Assembly (NCBI GenBank): GCA_030595905.1
Contig: JAUVLE010000001.1
Span: forward strand, 1-58,489
Reading direction: 5' to 3'
DNA from: Candidatus Cloacimonadota bacterium
Lineage (GTDB): Bacteria > Cloacimonadota > Cloacimonadia > Cloacimonadales > TCS61
DNA length: 58,489 nt
The translations under genes were made by a program, and so were the position numbers. Below are positions 25,520-35,104 of this stretch, one piece after another. Every line of letters begins with the position of its first letter. Within the stretch, counting starts at the first letter, position 1. The notes under the pieces were generated by a model, which did no database searches, was not told the origin of the DNA, and saw only the letters and a list, made by a program, of their open reading frames with translations.

Positions 25520-28093
25520 TCAATTAACTGAAGTAATATAATAGAATTTTTTATTATCCGCTGTTGGAAGCGGTGCAGTCCAGCTTGTTTCATTATATGA
25601 TCCGGTAAAATCTTCGTCAAAACCCGAATAAGGATCATTTGACGAATATACTTTATAAGTATTTCTATTGCGAGCAGCAGACCAGGTGAAATAAACCGAA
25701 TCTGCATTGATAGTTACCCTGACATCTAATGGAACAGGAGGACTTACAGCTTCATCCTGATGGAAATAAAAAGCACCCATATCTGCTATTGTGGTATCAG
25801 GATCAAGTGGTGAGTAAAGACTACCGGTATCGATACATGGTGATTTTGTTTCATCATTTACAGGATAATTTGCCCAGGTTATTTGATAATCACCGTTGAC
25901 AGGATCAGCAAATAAAGGATTGGCATCAATATTACCATCACCTGGACTTCCACCTTCAACATCAGAATATTCTACTGTTACAGAACAGAAACCGTCTTCT
26001 CCAATTTCATGTGGTATGTCGTCCCAGAGTATGCAGTTTGTAAAATCAGGAAAGCTATAATTACAGGAATATAACCCACCTCCTGGATTCGGAGAATTAT
26101 GATTTGCCGTATTATTACTTATAGTAACATTTGTTAAATCAGGATAACAAAAATGGTCGCAGTATATTCCACCTCCAAGACCGAAAGCTTCACTTACAGC
26201 TTCATTGTTATAGATACAATCATTTTCTAAAATAGGTGTACAATTTTCCCAAATATGAATACCGCCACCTGCTTCTTCTGAAGTATTATCTCTGATTATT
26301 GAACGTTTTATTGTTGGACTTGAATAATTATAAATGAAGATCCCGCCACCGCCGCCTGTAGATGAATTATTGGAAATGATGCAATTATTTATTAGAATAT
26401 CTGAATTATTAAGATAAATTGCTCCACCATTATTATTGGGATAAGTTCCGCTTGCTTTTCCGTATTGCAGCTTACAATAAGATAATATTGAGTTATCCTG
26501 TCCGTTTGTGTTTTGATCGATAAAGCGGAGTCCATTCCAACCTGCTGTAGAATCTTGCGGAACAAAATTAATGTATCTCTGCCAATTTCCTTCTGCTAAT
26601 AATCTACCATAAATATTAAATTTATAATGTTCATTGAAAACAACATCCACTCCGGGTTCAATTGTTAATTGACTTCCATTCGGAATTGTTATTTCGCCAT
26701 TAATACAATAAGGACTGTTTGCATGCGTCCAGGTGCCACTGACAGCTCCACCTGCTATCTGGGTATTACAATTCCAGTCATTTGTAATATGATAAAATGT
26801 GGCATAATCCCAGGCTGCATCACCACTGTCAATAAACCATGTCATAGTCCTATCAATATTATTTGTTGTATGCGCACCGAATAATTCGTTTCCATAATCA
26901 TCATAACCATGACAAATAATTGCATGTTTATAATGACCTTGATATTGACCTGTACCTCCTTCATGAAATCCAATAATTGCAATATCACCAACAGTAAAAT
27001 TTGCAGGAATATGGTTATTAGGCTCTACTCCATTTTCCCAGCCATTAGTATGAAAATCAACAATATTTGTCTCAATATCAGATTGTACTGAAAGGAAATT
27101 ATGCAGATTGCTACAGTTTACAATGCAGCCTTCTGCATTTGCATTATTTGCATAGGTTATATCCTCATAATAACCGGCAATTAAACATTGAGATGCAAAA
27201 TTGCAGCAATCACCACCTTGAGAAGCATAGTTTGTATATGCAGAATTATAATATGTCGAATCAGGTCCCCAATATTGTATACAATAATTTGCTGAAGCTT
27301 GTCCATTCCAATCTAAATCTCTACCTTTGAAATTTAAATTATTAATTTTATCATTATTATCTTTAGTTTCTATCTTTTTTTTGTCTTTATTTTCAATTTT
27401 ATTCTGTAATATTTTTAAACCCGCTTTAGCTACTTTCCTTATTGTTTGAATACAGGTCATCCTTCGATATTGTTCTGTTTTACCTTTCCAATAGATAGAA
27501 TTTTTATCAGGATAACCAGTATATTCTATATTCCATTTGTCTGAATTTATTCCATTTGCATAATATTCAAGCTTATCTATAATCAAGTTATCAGAAATCC
27601 CCATATAGACAAGTGTTCTTGCAGCAGAAACCTGCAATGCAGGATATTCATCATCAAGAAATTCATAGAGTTTTTTAATTATTATGGGTTTGTATTTGTT
27701 AATATATGAACTATCAGCATCAATTACAACATACTGTCCTGCCATCTTTAGCCACTCTATTGAGCGAGGGTCCAATCCTCCTTCCGGTTTATACCACCAT
27801 TTCGAGATGTAATCGATTCCCCATTTTTGCGTTAATTTTGTGCCATAACACATATATTTATAATAATATTCAATCTCCCGAACATCACCACGCATAATTT
27901 GCATTTCTGCATCCGGTCCGGTTTCTTCATAAGCTATAGCGATTCCTTTTTCAAAACATGAATCCAGTTTTGATAGAATACGAATTTTTGCTTCTTCCCA
28001 ATAAGTTGGTCTTTCTTTTTCTGTTCCGTTTACATTAATCACATTAAGCAATAAAATAGAAAATATTACCAATAAAATTGCTTTCTTTTGCAT
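25520..28093 (-). CDS. secreted multidomain protein: Cys/His amidase-like domain, right-handed beta-helix repeats and an FN3-like tail
   Basis: 857 aa with a signal peptide. GGDCCNFASQCLIAGY plus a downstream KHAIICHGYD resemble the 'putative amidase domain' (Amidase_6) Cys/His pair. Repeated NNxxxxGGG(G)I(Y/H) units indicate a pectate-lyase-like beta-helix. The C-terminal ~60 aa are shared with the 53709 gene. There is no T9SS CTD. Confidence 0.65.
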   Translation of the reverse strand: MQKKAILLVIFSILLLNVINVNGTEKERPTYWEEAKIRILSKLDSCFEKGIAIAYEETGPDAEMQIMRGDVREIEYYYKYMCYGTKLTQKWGIDYISKWWYKPEGGLDPRSIEWLKMAGQYVVIDADSSYINKYKPIIIKKLYEFLDDEYPALQVSAARTLVYMGISDNLIIDKLEYYANGINSDKWNIEYTGYPDKNSIYWKGKTEQYRRMTCIQTIRKVAKAGLKILQNKIENKDKKKIETKDNNDKINNLNFKGRDLDWNGQASANYCIQYWGPDSTYYNSAYTNYASQGGDCCNFASQCLIAGYYEDITYANNANAEGCIVNCSNLHNFLSVQSDIETNIVDFHTNGWENGVEPNNHIPANFTVGDIAIIGFHEGGTGQYQGHYKHAIICHGYDDYGNELFGAHTTNNIDRTMTWFIDSGDAAWDYATFYHITNDWNCNTQIAGGAVSGTWTHANSPYCINGEITIPNGSQLTIEPGVDVVFNEHYKFNIYGRLLAEGNWQRYINFVPQDSTAGWNGLRFIDQNTNGQDNSILSYCKLQYGKASGTYPNNNGGAIYLNNSDILINNCIISNNSSTGGGGGIFIYNYSSPTIKRSIIRDNTSEEAGGGIHIWENCTPILENDCIYNNEAVSEAFGLGGGIYCDHFCYPDLTNVTISNNTANHNSPNPGGGLYSCNYSFPDFTNCILWDDIPHEIGEDGFCSVTVEYSDVEGGSPGDGNIDANPLFADPVNGDYQITWANYPVNDETKSPCIDTGSLYSPLDPDTTIADMGAFYFHQDEAVSPPVPLDVRVTINADSVYFTWSAARNRNTYKVYSSNDPYSGFDEDFTGSYNETSWTAPLPTADNKKFYYITSVN

Positions 28094-28422
28094 TTTCTCC
28101 TCCTTCTTTTTTATTTTACTTTATTTATTCTTTCAAAAAGATGTCAAAACCTTTTTCTAATTCCCCGAAAAAGAGAATCAGACTACGCACAGCTTCGCAT
28201 GGATAGATGAGAGAAAGGCTTTAAATATAAGAATAATCTTCTGGAAAGAAGATAGGATCAGAAAAGCAATCTAATGAAATCCTTAAAATTAATATAAAAA
28301 TAAACATTAATCCTTTCATCCTTCCTACTATTATAAAATTACTTTTCACTATCTGTCGTACAAAAACGGCATTCACGCCATTACTTCACACAAAACACAT
28401 TTATCTTATTTACAAGAAAAAT

Positions 28423-29295
28423 CTAACTTTTCAAAATCATTTTTATAGTTTCTCCCACAACAGCCGGATTTTCCGCAACTGCAACTCCGGCATATTTCAG
28501 TGCCTGGATTTTCTCCTGTGCTGTTCCTTTGCTTCCGGCAATTATCGCACCTGCATGTCCCATTCTTTTACCTTTGGGAGCGGTTTGTCCTGCGATGAAT
28601 GCTACTACCGGTTTGGAAAAATTCTCTTTGATATATTCGGCAGCCTGAATTTCCAGGTCACCGCCAATTTCACCAATCATCACCACAGCTTCGGTTTCCG
28701 GGTCGTCCCGGAATAATTTCAGAAGGTCTATGAATGTTGTTCCGATGATCGGATCTCCCCCGATGCCTACAGCAGTTGAGATTCCCAAACCTGCTTTAAC
28801 CACCTGGTTTGCCATTTCGTAAGTTAATGTGCCGGATTTGGAAATAAGTCCGATCGATCCTTTCTTGAATACAAATCCCGGCAGGATCCCTATCTTTGCT
28901 TCTTCCGATGTAATTATTCCCGGGCAGTTAGGACCTATCAGAACCGATCCATTCTTTTCTGCCAGTTTTTTGGCTATCATAATATCATTAACCGGAATTC
29001 CTTCCGTAATACAGACTACCACTTTAATACCGGCAGAAACAGCTTCCATGATCGCATCTGCGGCAAATGCAGGTGGAACAAATATCAGCGAAACATCGGC
29101 ACCTGTTTTTTGAACAGCTTCTTCCATCGTGTTAAAAACCGGTTTCCCTAAATGTATCTGACCGCCTTTACCGGGAGTTACACCTCCCACGATATTGGTG
29201 CCGTAAGCGATGCACTGTCCGGAATGAAAAGTTGCTTCTTTTCCTGTGAATCCCTGAACGAGCACTTTTGAATTTTTATTTACCAGGATACTCAT
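28423..29295 (-). CDS. sucD: succinyl-CoA synthetase alpha subunit
   Basis: 290 aa. [20 protein letters not shown] and the phosphohistidine loop MGHAGA. Confidence 0.95.
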   Translation of the reverse strand: MSILVNKNSKVLVQGFTGKEATFHSGQCIAYGTNIVGGVTPGKGGQIHLGKPVFNTMEEAVQKTGADVSLIFVPPAFAADAIMEAVSAGIKVVVCITEGIPVNDIMIAKKLAEKNGSVLIGPNCPGIITSEEAKIGILPGFVFKKGSIGLISKSGTLTYEMANQVVKAGLGISTAVGIGGDPIIGTTFIDLLKLFRDDPETEAVVMIGEIGGDLEIQAAEYIKENFSKPVVAFIAGQTAPKGKRMGHAGAIIAGSKGTAQEKIQALKYAGVAVAENPAVVGETIKMILKS

Positions 29296-30467
29296 TTCGT
29301 TACCCCTTTGGCAGCATTAACGGCTTTACGTGCACCGTCTGCAAAATCGACGGCAGTTATAATATTTTCAATATCTGCACTGCGTAAAATATCGGAAGCT
29401 TCCAAGGCATTTGTTCCATCCAGACGGACAATTACCGGAATTTTCACATTTGTTACTTTTGCAGCTTCGATTATTCCATTGGCTATTCTGTCACAACGAA
29501 CGATCCCGCCAAAAATATTTACGAATATCGCTTTCACGTTCGGGTCTTTCAGGATGATCTCGAATCCTTTTGCCACGGTTTCTGCGCTGGCTCCACCGCC
29601 CACATCCAGAAAATTTGCAGGTTCGCCGCCCTCGTGCTTGATGATATCCATCGTGGACATTGCCAGTCCCGCACCATTGACCATGCAGCCTACATCTCCA
29701 TCGAGTTTAACGTAATTGAGGTCATATTTTGCAGCTTCCAGTTCTGCAGGTTCTTCTTCATCCAGGTCTTTCATTGCGGCGATCTCAGGATTTCGGAAGA
29801 GAGCATTATCATCGAATCCCATCTTTCCATCGAGTGCAATGAATTTATCATCGGCAGTTAAAACCAGCGGATTGATCTCCACTAAATTGGCATCATTATC
29901 TTTGTAGGCATCATAGAGTGCAGAAGCAAACAACGCAAATTCCTTTATCTGCGGCTTGGAAAGATTAAGCCCGAAGGCAAGCTGCCTTGCATGAAAACTT
30001 CTGAATCCGATGAGCGGATCGATGGCAACTTTGATGATCTTCTCCGGCGTTTCGGCAGCCACTTTCTCGATCTCCACACCGCCTTCTGTGGAAGCCATCA
30101 TTACGGGCATTTCCTGTGCTCTATCCAGAACCATTCCGAGGTAAAATTCTTTTTTGATGTTTACTCCACCTTCGATGTAAACTTTTTTCACTACTTTTCC
30201 GGCAGGTCCGGTCTGATGTGTAATCAATGTCATTTCCAGAATTTCGGAAGCATATTTTTCTACTTCCTCAAGCGATCTGGCAAGTTTTACACCGCCGCCT
30301 TTTCCTCTTCCGCCGGCATGGATCTGAGCTTTTACTGCCCAGATATTTCCTCCGATCTCTAAAGCAGCATTTCTTGCATCTTCCGGCTTTTCGATCATTT
30401 TTCCTTTGGGAATCGGAACGCTATATTTTGCAAATATCTGCTTTGCCTGGTATTCATGAATATTCAT
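29292..30467 (-). CDS. sucC: succinyl-CoA synthetase beta subunit
   Basis: 391 aa. [12 protein letters not shown]..., an ATP-grasp fold, and GGIVRCD. The stop overlaps the sucD start. Confidence 0.95.
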   Translation of the reverse strand: MNIHEYQAKQIFAKYSVPIPKGKMIEKPEDARNAALEIGGNIWAVKAQIHAGGRGKGGGVKLARSLEEVEKYASEILEMTLITHQTGPAGKVVKKVYIEGGVNIKKEFYLGMVLDRAQEMPVMMASTEGGVEIEKVAAETPEKIIKVAIDPLIGFRSFHARQLAFGLNLSKPQIKEFALFASALYDAYKDNDANLVEINPLVLTADDKFIALDGKMGFDDNALFRNPEIAAMKDLDEEEPAELEAAKYDLNYVKLDGDVGCMVNGAGLAMSTMDIIKHEGGEPANFLDVGGGASAETVAKGFEIILKDPNVKAIFVNIFGGIVRCDRIANGIIEAAKVTNVKIPVIVRLDGTNALEASDILRSADIENIITAVDFADGARKAVNAAKGVTK

Positions 30468-30574
30468 AAAACCTCATTTTTTATCAAGTGAATAATCTTT
30501 TTTTTCATTTCGTGTAACAAATTCCTGATAATGTGACTTTTCTATCTTACTCATTTTTTCCCTTTTCTTTGAAT

Positions 30575-31123
30575 TTATGAAAATTTGGTTTTTCTTCTTT
30601 CTTTAGTAACCCCAAGAGTTCTTGTAAATTGTATGAAGTACAATACTTTTTTGGGACCAATAAGTAAATAAACAGCAATTAATGTTTTTAATACTGATTC
30701 AATCAGTAGTCCAAGGTGAAATGAATTAATAGTAATTGTTGCACCTGAATTACTAAGTGCATAAGATATGATATTATATAAATTTTTTACTAAAGCTGGA
30801 ATTGCTGAAGCGAGTAAAAAGATACCGATGATTGAGAATATGAAAGGCTTTATTTTTTTTAAATTAAGATTAATAATTTTGCTTAAATCAGCTGTGTCAT
30901 TTACCATATGAGATGATATATTTTTAGCAAAAAACCATAAAATAATACCGATTATCAAATAACCTAACGGTAATAAAAAAAGTTGTATTAATTTATCATT
31001 AGTCATTATAATTTCATCTTGAGTGAAATAAAAAACAGCACTTTGTAAATAAATGACAAATTTAATAAAAACAGTTATTGCAATTATTTTGCAAGATAGC
31101 ATTGATATGTCTTTTAAAGTCAT
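30575..31123 (-). CDS. AT-rich polytopic membrane protein, function unknown
   Basis: 182 aa with about four or five hydrophobic helices. It sits between the Frd-like flavoprotein gene and sucC. Very AT-rich codon usage. Confidence 0.5.
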   Translation of the reverse strand: MTLKDISMLSCKIIAITVFIKFVIYLQSAVFYFTQDEIIMTNDKLIQLFLLPLGYLIIGIILWFFAKNISSHMVNDTADLSKIINLNLKKIKPFIFSIIGIFLLASAIPALVKNLYNIISYALSNSGATITINSFHLGLLIESVLKTLIAVYLLIGPKKVLYFIQFTRTLGVTKERRKTKFS

Positions 31124-31212
31124 ATTTATTTTCCTATACTTTTATGTTTTTAGATAATTTCGTATAACATAACATTCGCATATCACGCCATTATTCCTCT
31201 TCCTAATAAAAC

Positions 31213-32883
31213 CTAAAACAAAGTTCCATAATAATTAGTTGTAAGCTGTTTTGCTTTTACATGATCTGGGATGTAATCCGGTAAGATCATCGGTGAAACT
31301 TGTGATTTATCTATTCCTAATTTCTCTACTTCTTTTGCATAATTATCAACGTGTTCCAGAGTAAGTTTACCAAGCTGTACACCTTTTTTTACACGTTTTG
31401 CAGCAAAAATTCCGGATCTTCTTCCAAAAACAATAATATCGAGTTGGGAATTTCCCATTAAACGGTTTCTGCCGTGAACTCCACCGGAAGATTCACCTGC
31501 AACATAAAGTCCCGGAATTGAAGTTTCAGTTTTTTCGTTGATTTCCAATCCGCCGTTTTGATAATGCAGAGTAGGATAAACCAGCATCGGGTATTTCCTG
31601 ATGTCGATATCGAATCTCTGGAATTGACGAAGCATAGCGGGCAGATTTTTTTCGATCGTGCCTTCGCCACTCAATTCTTCGATGAGCGGGCTATCTAACC
31701 AGATCCCTTTCAAACCGGAAGGGGTTGTAACCCCACGGCCATTTTCACATTCACAGATAAATGCCGAAGCTTCCACATCTCTCGGTTCCAATGGGAATAC
31801 AAAAAGTTCACCATCATAATTCACAGGCTGCGCACCGAGTCCGCGGATCTTTTCCGTGCAAAGGAAACCGACGATCTGCTCCGGGAAAACAGCTCCTGTG
31901 GGATGATATTGCACAGAATCCATAAAGAGTAGATTTGCTCCTGCACGATAACCCATCACCAGTCCATCGGCAGTTGCACCATAGTGATTGGTTGTTTCAA
32001 AATTACGTATATGCAGTCTTCCAAAACCACCGGTTGCCATGATCACACTTTTTGCTTTTACAATAAAATACTCTTTTAATTCTATGTGATAAAGGATCGC
32101 ACCGGCAACCTGACCTTTGTCATCCATTATCAGTTCTGTAGCAGCAGTGTATTCCAGAATATCGATCTTATCCGGTTTGTTCTGTACTTCATCACGCAAT
32201 ACACGGCAGATCCCGGCTCCGGTATAATCACGCGTTGAATGCATTCTATTCCTGCAAGTTCCACCACCGGGTTTCACCATCATCGAACCGTCTTCTTTCT
32301 TATCGAACATCACACCCAGTTCTTCCAGCCATTTAATAGATTTCGGACCATCCATCACGAGAGCTTCCACCAGTTCAGGTTTATTATCAAAGTGTCCGCC
32401 GCCGATCACATCGAGATAATGCAGTCTGGGATTATCATCTTCCTGGTCTGCTGCCTGAATTCCACCCTGCGCCATCATGGAATTGGAATCTCCAAGCCGC
32501 AATTTGGTCACCAGCATAGTTTTCACATCGAGTCTGGCAGCTTCCAGAGCTGCGGAAAGTCCGGCAGAACCGGCACCGATGACAAGCACATCGGTTTCGT
32601 AATCGACTTTTGAAAGATCGAAAGTAGCGGAGAGATTGCGCGGATAAGCTTCCAGGATATTTACCACTTCGTTAATGAGCTTTTCACCTTTATTCGGCCC
32701 GATACGCAATTCTTTCAAGGCATCGGCTTTATAATCGGGATGATAAGTATTGAGAACATCCTCCCGCTCTTTTTCACCCATTGCGTCAAATACTTTTTTG
32801 CCGTATTTCCTTGCTATTTCCAGACGTTTTGGACGGGTTTTTTCAACTTTTTTTATAGATTCCTGCATATATTCCGGGTACAT
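31213..32883 (-). CDS. FAD flavoprotein of the fumarate reductase/succinate dehydrogenase family (soluble type, N-terminal extension)
   Basis: 556 aa. DVLVIGAGSAGLSAALEA dinucleotide fold, MAQGGI, ATGGFGRL, and HPTG and YVAGE...GVHG.NRL motifs of the FrdA/SdhA/TfrA family, preceded by about 95 extra residues. Confidence 0.8.
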   Translation of the reverse strand: MYPEYMQESIKKVEKTRPKRLEIARKYGKKVFDAMGEKEREDVLNTYHPDYKADALKELRIGPNKGEKLINEVVNILEAYPRNLSATFDLSKVDYETDVLVIGAGSAGLSAALEAARLDVKTMLVTKLRLGDSNSMMAQGGIQAADQEDDNPRLHYLDVIGGGHFDNKPELVEALVMDGPKSIKWLEELGVMFDKKEDGSMMVKPGGGTCRNRMHSTRDYTGAGICRVLRDEVQNKPDKIDILEYTAATELIMDDKGQVAGAILYHIELKEYFIVKAKSVIMATGGFGRLHIRNFETTNHYGATADGLVMGYRAGANLLFMDSVQYHPTGAVFPEQIVGFLCTEKIRGLGAQPVNYDGELFVFPLEPRDVEASAFICECENGRGVTTPSGLKGIWLDSPLIEELSGEGTIEKNLPAMLRQFQRFDIDIRKYPMLVYPTLHYQNGGLEINEKTETSIPGLYVAGESSGGVHGRNRLMGNSQLDIIVFGRRSGIFAAKRVKKGVQLGKLTLEHVDNYAKEVEKLGIDKSQVSPMILPDYIPDHVKAKQLTTNYYGTLF

Positions 32884-32894
32884 ATTTTCTCCTG

Positions 32895-33581
32895 TTACGA
32901 AATTTTAATTTCTCTTTTGTAATAGATCTTAGATAATTCATCATGCGGCATTTCTTTAAGTTCTTTGATCTCTTTATCGTATTTACCGCTTTTAATTTCT
33001 TCGAGACGTTTTTCTAATTCAGGACTTTTCTTAGCGAGATATTTTCCATAAAGACGACGTGCCAGAGTGGCGTTATTATACTGCACGATCTCTGCAGGAC
33101 AACGCATTGCACACAATCCGCAGCGAATACAATCGAAAGAAATATCCGCAGCTTTTGCTAGGTCTCCACGAATAATTGCCTGAATATAATCCATCACCTC
33201 GATATCCTGCGGACAGGCTTTGGTGCAGCTATTGCAGGAAACACATCGGAACACGGAAGGAAAAAGTTTGGTGAAAGTTCCAACATCGGGAGTCAGATCA
33301 TTCAGATCATAAATCGGTTTTTCCGCTGGAACGGATGGAATCTGTGTTATCGCCATTCCTTCCGACACAACCGTCTGACAGGCGAGTCCGCCCTTCAGCT
33401 TATAATCACCTTTTTCCCTGTAAACAGTTGCACAGGCTCCGCAATATCCTTCGCGGCATCCCACACCTTGTTTCAGTTGAAATCCGGCATATTCCAAAGC
33501 CATCATGATGGTAGAACCTTCCGGAACTTCGAAAAGCTCTCCGGTTAAATAAACTTTTATCATTTTTTGTTTTTCAGCCAT
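32895..33581 (-). CDS. FrdB/SdhB-like iron-sulfur subunit (2Fe-2S plus two cubane motifs)
   Basis: 228 aa. CREGYCGACAT (plant-type 2Fe-2S), CVSCNSCTKACP and CIRCGLCAMRCP. It lies 11 nt upstream of the flavoprotein gene. Confidence 0.8.
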   Translation of the reverse strand: MAEKQKMIKVYLTGELFEVPEGSTIMMALEYAGFQLKQGVGCREGYCGACATVYREKGDYKLKGGLACQTVVSEGMAITQIPSVPAEKPIYDLNDLTPDVGTFTKLFPSVFRCVSCNSCTKACPQDIEVMDYIQAIIRGDLAKAADISFDCIRCGLCAMRCPAEIVQYNNATLARRLYGKYLAKKSPELEKRLEEIKSGKYDKEIKELKEMPHDELSKIYYKREIKIS

Positions 33582-33657
33582 TATTTTTCTTCCTCCTTAA
33601 ATGGTTGCAGAAGATGATCCATCAACACTGGAGTCAATACTTCACAACCAGGGATTT

Positions 33658-34557
33658 TTATTTTATCAATTTTTTCTTTTTTAAAATATCTTCCGCATCG
33701 ATCTTATTAAATTCCAATCCAAGAGCTTCTTTGTTCAAACCGAGAGCAATTCCCATTAATTGGGTGAAATAAAAGATCGGGATCGTCTGGAAATCCGGAT
33801 TATCTTTTTTTATCTCGCTTTGACGAACATCCAGGTTGAAAGCGCATAACGGACACGAAGTAATGATCGCTTCCGCTCCATTTTTCCGGGCATCCAGGAT
33901 TATTCCTTTCACAAGAGTATAAACTATTTCTACATTATTTACAGTATGATAGCTTCCGCAACATCTACTTCCCGCATCCCAATCCACAGTTTCCGCTTTC
34001 AGAGATTTCACAAAATTTTCCAGAATTGTTGGTGCTTCCGCATCATCTATCCCAACTTCTTTGGGTCTGAGCAGCATACAACCGTAATAGGAAGCTACCT
34101 TTAAATCTTTAAGCGGTTTTGTAATTTTTTGTGCAAGTTTATCGAAACCCATTTCTTCCAGGATTGAAAGGAAGTGAACGACCTCGATATTGCCATCGTA
34201 ATTTTCTTCTTCTTTGTGCATAAAATCATTAATTTTTTGCAGATCATCGGCGTCATTTTTCATTCGTAGATTCGATAAGCTGAGAGTATTATAGCACATC
34301 GAACACAGGGTAAGCAGTCTGTTTTCATTTTCAACGAGTCCCTGTTTATTCATTTCCTGAACTCGCAGGAAATTACGAACCGGAGCGAGATGTCTCATCA
34401 GATCGTCACTGGTTAAAGATGCCACGACCCCACAACAATTCCAGCGTGGAAGTTCAATAAACTCAATTCCTATTTTTTTTGCAGATTCGATTGCGGACAT
34501 CTCAAAATTCTGTGCTGTAGTTTTTAATGTGCATCCAGGGAAATAAGGTATCTTCAT
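33658..34557 (-). CDS. HdrB-like / SdhE-like CCG-domain protein
   Basis: 299 aa with two cysteine-rich CCG-type motifs (...PRWNCCGVV... and ...GSRCCGSY...SCPLC). Confidence 0.8.
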   Translation of the reverse strand: MKIPYFPGCTLKTTAQNFEMSAIESAKKIGIEFIELPRWNCCGVVASLTSDDLMRHLAPVRNFLRVQEMNKQGLVENENRLLTLCSMCYNTLSLSNLRMKNDADDLQKINDFMHKEEENYDGNIEVVHFLSILEEMGFDKLAQKITKPLKDLKVASYYGCMLLRPKEVGIDDAEAPTILENFVKSLKAETVDWDAGSRCCGSYHTVNNVEIVYTLVKGIILDARKNGAEAIITSCPLCAFNLDVRQSEIKKDNPDFQTIPIFYFTQLMGIALGLNKEALGLEFNKIDAEDILKKKKLIK

Positions 34558-34655
34558 TTATTTTCTCCTAATATTTTATCAGTAGTTAACATAACTAAAA
34601 AAAAAAGAACTATAAAACATTTTTTTCATCTTTGCCTGTCCCGTTGTATAACCGG

Positions 34656-34678
34656 GGTTAGTTTTAGTTCGTTGCTAA
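34656..34678. repeat. TTAGCAACGAAC...ACTAAC family repeat (inverted copy) in the hdrC-hdrB spacer
   Basis: ggttagttttagttcgttgctaa. Compare 24613-24638, gatttgttagtttggttcgttgctaa. Confidence 0.7.
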
Positions 34679-34696
34679 TCCAATTTTCCATCTAAA

Positions 34697-35101
34697 TTAA
34701 CCTGTGAATTTTCTGAAACTTCCCACAACGGCTATCGTAGGTAATTTCAAGGCTTCTTCGTCACTGATCTCTTTAATATCGATCTCATCGATCGCTCCTC
34801 GCAATTTCACCTGTCTTAGTGCTTCGGAGACTTTTGAAAGATCGAGTTTTCGTGGACATCTTACCGTGCAGGTGAAGCAGGAAGCACAGAGCCACATTGT
34901 TTTGGAATCCATCACGCTTTCCTGTCCCAGCATTACCAAACGCATTATCTGTGATGGGTTGATATCCATTTCACTGACGAAAGGACAACCGGCTGAACAC
35001 GTTCCGCACTGTTCACAAAGAGTGATCTGCTCTCCACTCAATTCCGTTATTTTTTCAAGGAAATCAGTATTCTTATCTTTCAGTTTTATTATTTGTGCCA
35101 T
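34697..35101 (-). CDS. HdrC-like 2x[4Fe-4S] ferredoxin subunit
   Basis: 134 aa with CEQCGTCSAGCP and CASCFTCTVRCP. Confidence 0.8.
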   Translation of the reverse strand: MAQIIKLKDKNTDFLEKITELSGEQITLCEQCGTCSAGCPFVSEMDINPSQIMRLVMLGQESVMDSKTMWLCASCFTCTVRCPRKLDLSKVSEALRQVKLRGAIDEIDIKEISDEEALKLPTIAVVGSFRKFTG

Positions 35102-35104
35102 AAA

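Noticed and set aside
30474-30554. A 26-codon ORF (MSKIEKSHYQEFVTRNEKKDYSLDKK) just upstream of sucC.
   Set aside because: It has only a weak purine-rich RBS, a hydrophilic low-complexity product and no supporting structure. It could be a leader peptide, but this is too speculative to list as a feature.
30575-31123. The 182-aa membrane protein as the missing membrane anchor (SdhC/FrdC-like) of the Frd-like enzyme.
   Set aside because: It is separated from the flavoprotein gene by about 90 nt, is much more AT-rich, and has no obvious paired haem-ligand histidines in TM helices. The available evidence does not support an anchor role, though this cannot be excluded without a structure or homology search.
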